From: Pyrobaculum oguniense TE7
GTDB taxonomy: Archaea; Thermoproteota; Thermoprotei; Thermoproteales; Thermoproteaceae
Direction of reading: 5' to 3'
Assembly: GCA_000247545.1 (NCBI GenBank)
Contig: CP003316.1
Location: forward strand, 249,233-281,232
Length of the DNA: 32,000 nt
A program made the position numbers and the translations under genes. Every line of letters starts with the position of its first letter. Position 1 is the first letter of the stretch. Below the pieces are notes generated by a model. The model saw only the letters and a list, made by a program, of their open reading frames with translations. It did not search any database and was not told the origin of the DNA. Of the stretch, positions 27,307-32,000 are shown piece after piece.

Positions 27307-27855
27307 CTATAGGCCTATGTAGGGCTTAAGACAAGTCTCCCGCCACAGTTTTTCGACATCTTCGCTTTCTTTGACCACCTCCTCAGGATTACCGCCTTTA
27401 ATAAGAAGTACATCGTCGTCGTAGCCGCATGTCGCTTTGAGCAAGATGTTTCTCGCCCTTTTGCTTATACTACTCCACCTGTATAGCTTATATCCAAGCT
27501 TCATGAAGAGCATTATGGTCGCGTGGTTATCATCAGTAGTGGTAGCCATGTACACACCAGCTTTGCAGATCTCCTCTACCTTCTTGATGAGTTGAGTCGC
27601 CACGCCCTTTCTCCGGTGCTCCGGCACCACCGCGATGTAGTAGTGGACACAGACGGTCAGGGCTAGATCCACACTGTAGACGATCTCAGCGCCTGCTGTC
27701 TCGCCGTTCATATACGCAACGATACCGCTTGAGCGTGGCCACCTCTCCAGAATCGCCTTTGCGTATTTTACAGGCCCCTTGTAGTATAGGCCTATTATCT
27801 CCAGGGCCTTTTGCTTATCTTCTCTGAACTCCAGAGATCTTGACGAAGTCCTCAT
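27307..27855 (-). CDS. GNAT-family N-acetyltransferase
   Basis: 182 aa. Motif A is VVPEHRRKGVATQLI. It overlaps the upstream AKR gene by 41 nt. Confidence 0.7.
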   Translation of the reverse strand: MRTSSRSLEFREDKQKALEIIGLYYKGPVKYAKAILERWPRSSGIVAYMNGETAGAEIVYSVDLALTVCVHYYIAVVPEHRRKGVATQLIKKVEEICKAGVYMATTTDDNHATIMLFMKLGYKLYRWSSISKRARNILLKATCGYDDDVLLIKGGNPEEVVKESEDVEKLWRETCLKPYIGL

Positions 27856-28633
27856 CGCTTAGCTCCACATGCAATGCGCCAGCTATTTCATCTATATGCT
27901 CCCGACTGCCGGCTTTTGGAATGGGGACAACTCCACGCTTGACGTACCACGCGAGGGCAATCTGTATTGGTGTTGCACCGTAGCGCTTGGCGATTTCAGA
28001 AAGAAGTGGATCTTTTGCCAGTGCGCCTTTTTCCAGGGGGGTGTAAGCAATGTACATAATCCCGTTTGAAAGGGCGTAGGGAATGACGTCAGCCTCGTCC
28101 CTCCTGTTGTACAGCGAATAGTGGTTCTCTACGGCGGCGAGCTCGTACTTCTTGGCACAAGCCTCCGCCTCTTGTATCTGGCGCAGGGAGAAGTTGCTCA
28201 CGCCAAAGTGCCGAATTATGCCGCGGTCGACAAGCGTCTCGAAGGCTCTCACCGTTTCGCATATCGGCACAGTGTCGGAGGGCCAGTGGAGGAGGTAGAG
28301 GTCGATGTAGGTGCCCAGCCGCGCCGAGCTGGCCTGGGCAGACTTGAGCACGTCCTCGTATCGGGCGTGGTTGGGCCACACCTTCGTCACGATGAAGAGC
28401 TCGTCTCTCTTGTACCTCTTTATGGCCCTCCCCACTAGCTCCTCTGCATGCCCTCCGCCGTACATCTCCGCGGTGTCTATTAGCCTCAGCCCTTTTTCAA
28501 CTGCGTATTCAATAGCCGCGGTCCACTCCTCGTCTCTGCTACTATCCGGCGACCAGAAGCCCCCGCCGATGCCCCACGTGCCTAGGCCAATTGACGGCAC
28601 ACATCCTACTCTTTTAAAACAACTTCTTTTCAC
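27815..28633 (-). CDS. Aldo/keto reductase
   Basis: 272 aa. GLGTWGIGG, IDTAEMYGGG, LYLLHWP and the C-terminal IPKAGSREH motifs belong to the AKR superfamily. Confidence 0.85.
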   Translation of the reverse strand: MKRSCFKRVGCVPSIGLGTWGIGGGFWSPDSSRDEEWTAAIEYAVEKGLRLIDTAEMYGGGHAEELVGRAIKRYKRDELFIVTKVWPNHARYEDVLKSAQASSARLGTYIDLYLLHWPSDTVPICETVRAFETLVDRGIIRHFGVSNFSLRQIQEAEACAKKYELAAVENHYSLYNRRDEADVIPYALSNGIMYIAYTPLEKGALAKDPLLSEIAKRYGATPIQIALAWYVKRGVVPIPKAGSREHIDEIAGALHVELSDEDFVKISGVQRR

Positions 28634-28653
28634 AGTATCGACTTGACCCCCTA

Positions 28654-29355
28654 TTAATAGTTAATACGTAGTATAAAGCGTGCATCCACAACGTAGGCTC
28701 CCTTCCCCTCCTCGAGGGCTATAACAGGGTTTAGATCAGCTTCTGATATCTCTGGGTTATCCTCTATGAGGCGTGAGAATTTGTACACTATGTCCACGAC
28801 GGCGGGTATGTCGCGAGGCGGCATCCCCCTGAACCCCGTTAAGAGGCGGTAGGCCTTGACCTCACGTACCATTTCCCATACATCCTCGACATCAACCGGC
28901 ACCACCCTCATGGAAATATCCTTGTAAAGCTCGGTGTAGATTCCGCCGAGGCCAAAAGCCACAACGTGGCCAAATATTTCGTCATAGACAGCCCCTACTA
29001 TGAGCTCGACGCCTTTTGGCACCATCTTCTGTATTAACACTCCCTCGAGTTCTGCATAGGGCACTCTCTTCACCACTTCCCTCAGCCTTCTGCACGCCTC
29101 CCTCACTCCCTGGGCGTCATTTATGCCAACTATGACGCCGCCGACGTCGGTCTTATGCACAATCTGTGGCGACACAACCTTGGCAACGACTGGGAATCCA
29201 ATAGCCTCCGCTACCTTCACCGCCTCCTCCTCGTTTTTCACAAGTGCGAAGTCGGGTACAGGTATGCCATAAGCCCTAAGTAGAGTAAGGGCTTCATCCT
29301 CTCTCAGCTTGCCCCTACTCTCCGACAAGGCCCGGGATACAATTGGATGCGTCAT
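28654..29355 (-). CDS. acdB: Acetyl-CoA synthetase (ADP-forming), beta subunit (ATP-grasp)
   Basis: 233 aa. The ATP-grasp N-terminus is EDEALTLLRAYGIPVP...GFPVVAKVVSPQIVHKTDVGGV. The gene overlaps the upstream alpha subunit gene by 4 nt. Confidence 0.8.
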   Translation of the reverse strand: MTHPIVSRALSESRGKLREDEALTLLRAYGIPVPDFALVKNEEEAVKVAEAIGFPVVAKVVSPQIVHKTDVGGVIVGINDAQGVREACRRLREVVKRVPYAELEGVLIQKMVPKGVELIVGAVYDEIFGHVVAFGLGGIYTELYKDISMRVVPVDVEDVWEMVREVKAYRLLTGFRGMPPRDIPAVVDIVYKFSRLIEDNPEISEADLNPVIALEEGKGAYVVDARFILRINY

Positions 29356-30737
29356 AACCTCTTTCTTATTTCCCCATATTTATACAAGGCCCAAAGCGCC
29401 TTAGCCGCTCTGTCGGGAGTGGGGTACACCGGAATTCCGTTGCCCTCAAGTACCTCTTCAAATCTCTGTACGAGTTCGCTACCGCCGAAGTTCACCACGA
29501 CTATGGGCTTACCGTATTTTTTCGCATCTATTAGGTAATCGGCTAAGTTTTTTGTTAGGCCAGGGACTTGCATCAACGTGACTACAAGCGCCATGTCAAA
29601 AAGCGGAGTTGGCAACAACGCGTCTAGGACTATTTTGTAATGCTCATCTGTTGTACTCCCCGTGACGTCGACAGGATTCGCCACAGCGGCAAAGGGCAGT
29701 AGCTCCCTCTTTAGCTCCTTGGCGACGCTCTCCGGGATCTCAGGCACCTCAAGCCCCAGAGCCTCCAGCGCGTCCACAGCTTGTATACCCATACCGCCGC
29801 TGTCTGTAAGGACGAGAGTCCGCCTTCCCCGTGGGGTGGGCTGCATGGCGAGGGCCTTAGCCATATCAAACATCTCTCTGACAGACGAAGCCTCTATTAC
29901 GCCCGCTTGTTGAAATAGGCCATGGTACATTTCGTACGACCCCGCCATTGCTGCAGTGTGGCTCTTAACAGCCCTCTGCGCGGCGCCGCCCCTACCAGCC
30001 TTATAGGCCACCACAGGCTTCTTAGCCGCTATCTTCTTTGCAGTTTCTAAAAACTGCCTTGCCTCGCCGGGGTATTTGAACCCCTCGATATATATCGTAA
30101 TTACTTTTACCCGGTCGTCTGCCGCAAAACCCTCTAATAACTCGGTTTCAGTAATATCTGCCTTGTTCCCGTAGTTAACTAAAAAGCCTAACCCCAGCCT
30201 CCTCCTCGCCGCCCAATCCATTATAGCCGCTGCAACTGCACCTGACTGGCTAATCAAAGCAAGAGGGCCAGGCGGCGGTCTGCCGGCTCTCTCTGCTGGG
30301 AGAAAAACTGTATCGAAGCCGGAGTAGGCGTTATACACGCCGATACAGTTCGGCCCTAAGACTCTTACACCATACTGCTTCGCCACGGCTTTAACCCAGT
30401 TCTCCAATTCTGTGTTTCCTGCCTCAGAGAAGCCGCTACTGACAATCACCGCGGCTTTAACGCCTTTAATACCCGCCTCCTCAAGCACCTTGGGGACGGT
30501 GGGAGCCGGCGTCGCTATCACGACTACGTCTACGGGATCCGGCACCTCAGAGATTGATCTGTAGAACTTTATCACGCGGCCCCATAGTTCCACCTCGTCG
30601 TATTTCGGATTTATGGGGAATACCTTTTTTCCAAATCTAGTGACTAAATTTTCCAAAATGACGTAGCCCACAGAGCCTTGTTTTGGAGACGCCCCTACTA
30701 CGGCTACGCTTTCTGGGTCGAGCAGTTTCGAAAGCAC
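29352..30737 (-). CDS. acdA: Acetyl-CoA synthetase (ADP-forming), alpha subunit (CoA-binding / succinyl-CoA synthetase-like)
   Basis: 461 aa with a GTG start. It has the CoA-binding motif SVAVVGASPKQGSVGY, GPNCIGV, and the phosphohistidine segment KSHTAAMAG. Confidence 0.85.
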   Translation of the reverse strand: MLSKLLDPESVAVVGASPKQGSVGYVILENLVTRFGKKVFPINPKYDEVELWGRVIKFYRSISEVPDPVDVVVIATPAPTVPKVLEEAGIKGVKAAVIVSSGFSEAGNTELENWVKAVAKQYGVRVLGPNCIGVYNAYSGFDTVFLPAERAGRPPPGPLALISQSGAVAAAIMDWAARRRLGLGFLVNYGNKADITETELLEGFAADDRVKVITIYIEGFKYPGEARQFLETAKKIAAKKPVVAYKAGRGGAAQRAVKSHTAAMAGSYEMYHGLFQQAGVIEASSVREMFDMAKALAMQPTPRGRRTLVLTDSGGMGIQAVDALEALGLEVPEIPESVAKELKRELLPFAAVANPVDVTGSTTDEHYKIVLDALLPTPLFDMALVVTLMQVPGLTKNLADYLIDAKKYGKPIVVVNFGGSELVQRFEEVLEGNGIPVYPTPDRAAKALWALYKYGEIRKRL

Positions 30738-30798
30738 GGGACAAGTCTATTCAATATATAAATGTATATAGACTGCGTAGGGCTCCACCTTGTGGTAT

Positions 30799-31135
30799 CT
30801 AAAACCCGCTCATCGCTTCTGCGTACCACCAGAGTAGGTCCCAGCCCTTTCCCATGAACCTAGCCAAGGCGAGGAGGTGCTTGGCATATAGCATAACGGC
30901 GCCATACCTGCCCTTTAACTTCTCGTCGTCTGTGAAGGCGGGCGACGCAGAGGCCCTCCCGTAGTCCAGTCTCACGTTGGCGTAGACCGTCCCGCCCTTT
31001 GTAACATTCCAAGAAACTTTCGACGCGGTTGTGTATCCTGTACTACACCTGAGTTTAGGAGACCATGCCCCGCAACGACGTTCTCACAGGGTAAGAAACA
31101 CCGTTGTCAAAAACGTCGCGCAGAACAAAAGCCAC
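30799..31135 (-). pseudogene. Possible frameshifted gene remnant
   Basis: The minus strand has a protein-like reading frame about 96 codons long, open from the in-frame TGA and ending at TAG 30799-30801 (...NVTKGGTVYANVRLDYGRASASPAFTDDEKLKGRYGAVMLYAKHLLALARFMGKGWDLLWWYAEAMSGF). It has no start codon before codon 42. A GTG-initiated frame (31135, MAFVLRDVFDNGVSYPVRTSLRG...) joins it if one G is removed from the G4 run (plus-strand cccc at 31067-31070). Confidence 0.3.
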
Positions 31136-31261
31136 CGCAGAGTGGCGGAGGCACGTTTTCAGAAAATGATAGAGGCACTTCAGAACTTTGAAACGTACAT
31201 TATAAACAAAGCGGCGGCATATTGAGCGTTGCGTAAAAAAATCTAGGTCATAGTCGTCACG

Positions 31262-31978
31262 TTGATTAGAGTAAATCTACTAGAGGCCTTAGGGCCGGAG
31301 CTTGGGTTTTATGGAGAGTGGCTCTTTGCGTCTCTTTTCAGAAAAGCGGCAAGGGGGGAATCCGTGGCAATGTTACTAGAGGGCATATACTCATATTCAC
31401 ACCTCCGCCCCCGTAGTAACATTTTTCCCACAGAAGCTCGTGATGGGGTCTATTCGCGCCATATCTCAACGATGTGGCCTATACACAAGTCTTGGTTTGT
31501 ACCAGCCGTTGATAATGGAGAACCCGTAGTTTATGTAGATCCGCCTAAGGGCTTTGTGAAGTACATCGGGAGAGATACCAACGGAAGCTACGAATACCTC
31601 TTGTATGTGGGGCTGGGAGAGTTGAAGAAATTTGTGCTCGAAGGGGCTACTCCCACATACCTAAAAGGAGTTGATAGCTTTACAAATGCGGATATAGAGG
31701 CCGCTTCACTCCTCTACCCACGGCTTGAGGGCGGCGAGGGCTTCGTGTCAGAGGTTATAGAGACGTTAAGACAGGTGGACTTTATCCTCTTGGAGGGAGG
31801 TACGATCTACCACGTAGAGGTTAAGACCACAGCAAATCCTCAAGACTCAAAACTGAGGAAGAAGCGTCTTCTGTTACAAAGAAGACAACAGATACTTGAA
31901 AAGCTTGGTTTAAAGCCTGCACTTGCCGTGGTAGTACCAAGAGAAAACTGGGAAGTAGAAATCTGGCTGGAAAAATAG
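31262..31978 (+). CDS. Protein with a C-terminal Hjc/PD-(D/E)xK-type nuclease domain and an uncharacterised N-terminal domain
   Basis: 238 aa. The TTG start is 25 nt from the TATA-like gtaaaaaaatc. The C-terminus EGFVSEVIETLRQVDFILLEGGTIYHVEVKTT...LGLKPALAVVV shows the E...D...E-x-K arrangement of archaeal Holliday-junction-resolvase-like nucleases. Confidence 0.5.
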   Translation: MIRVNLLEALGPELGFYGEWLFASLFRKAARGESVAMLLEGIYSYSHLRPRSNIFPTEARDGVYSRHISTMWPIHKSWFVPAVDNGEPVVYVDPPKGFVKYIGRDTNGSYEYLLYVGLGELKKFVLEGATPTYLKGVDSFTNADIEAASLLYPRLEGGEGFVSEVIETLRQVDFILLEGGTIYHVEVKTTANPQDSKLRKKRLLLQRRQQILEKLGLKPALAVVVPRENWEVEIWLEK

Positions 31979-32000
31979 TTTATTGTTTATTTCTTGATTT

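Noticed and set aside
31031-31225. Track ORF 31031..31225 (+, 64 aa).
   Set aside because: It is GTG-initiated and Arg/His-rich, has no promoter, and lies antisense to the more protein-like decayed frame.

Overview
This is a gene-dense archaeal chromosomal segment, roughly 90% coding and about 50% GC. It reads as Thermoproteales/Pyrobaculum-like. That assignment is an inference from gene content and promoter architecture; no database search was possible. Most transcription units checked have an A/T-rich TATA box centred about 22-25 nt upstream of the start codon, which implies leaderless mRNAs. Many neighbouring genes overlap by ATGA/GTGA/TAATG.

Most of the content is housekeeping:
- Metabolism and transport: isocitrate dehydrogenase, HPS-like protein, adenylate kinase, G1P dehydrogenase, NMN adenylyltransferase, agmatinase, CDF transporter, nitroreductase, aldo-keto reductase, ADP-forming acetyl-CoA synthetase alpha/beta.
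- Translation and tRNA: PheRS beta, GlyRS, archease, YbaK-like deacylase, tRNA splicing endonuclease.
- Other: Hsp20.

The lineage-specific crenactin/arcadin cytoskeleton cluster lies at 19.2-24.0 kb.

I found several items that are absent from the ORF track:
- rpoP/Rpo12 (52 aa).
- A 56-aa arcadin-3-like ORF that overlaps the arcadin-4 start.
- A partial DRG-type GTPase gene at the left edge.
- An intron-less tRNA-Trp(CCA).
- Two well-formed box C/D sRNA candidates, plus one weak structured-RNA candidate.

The strongest finding is the box C/D sRNA at about 24045-24106 (-). Its D guide is complementary to the anticodon arm of the tRNA-Trp gene 2.7 kb away. The N+5 rule places the methylation site exactly on wobble C34. 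This would be a stand-alone counterpart of the intron-encoded tRNA-Trp guide of Euryarchaeota.

Other points of interest:
- A C5 DNA methyltransferase and a PD-(D/E)xK nuclease diverge from one perfectly palindromic TATA box, and the methyltransferase is translationally coupled to an NMD3 homologue.
- A sharp drop to roughly 30% GC begins in the middle of the NMD3 gene.
- A TrmB-family regulator lies divergent from a COG1964-type radical SAM gene, possibly the tetraether lipid synthase Tes.
- Five divergent gene pairs are separated by 44-46 nt and share a single TATA box.
- An Hjc-like nuclease domain is fused to an unknown N-terminal domain, next to a frameshifted gene remnant.

No CRISPR array, IS element or integrase was seen.
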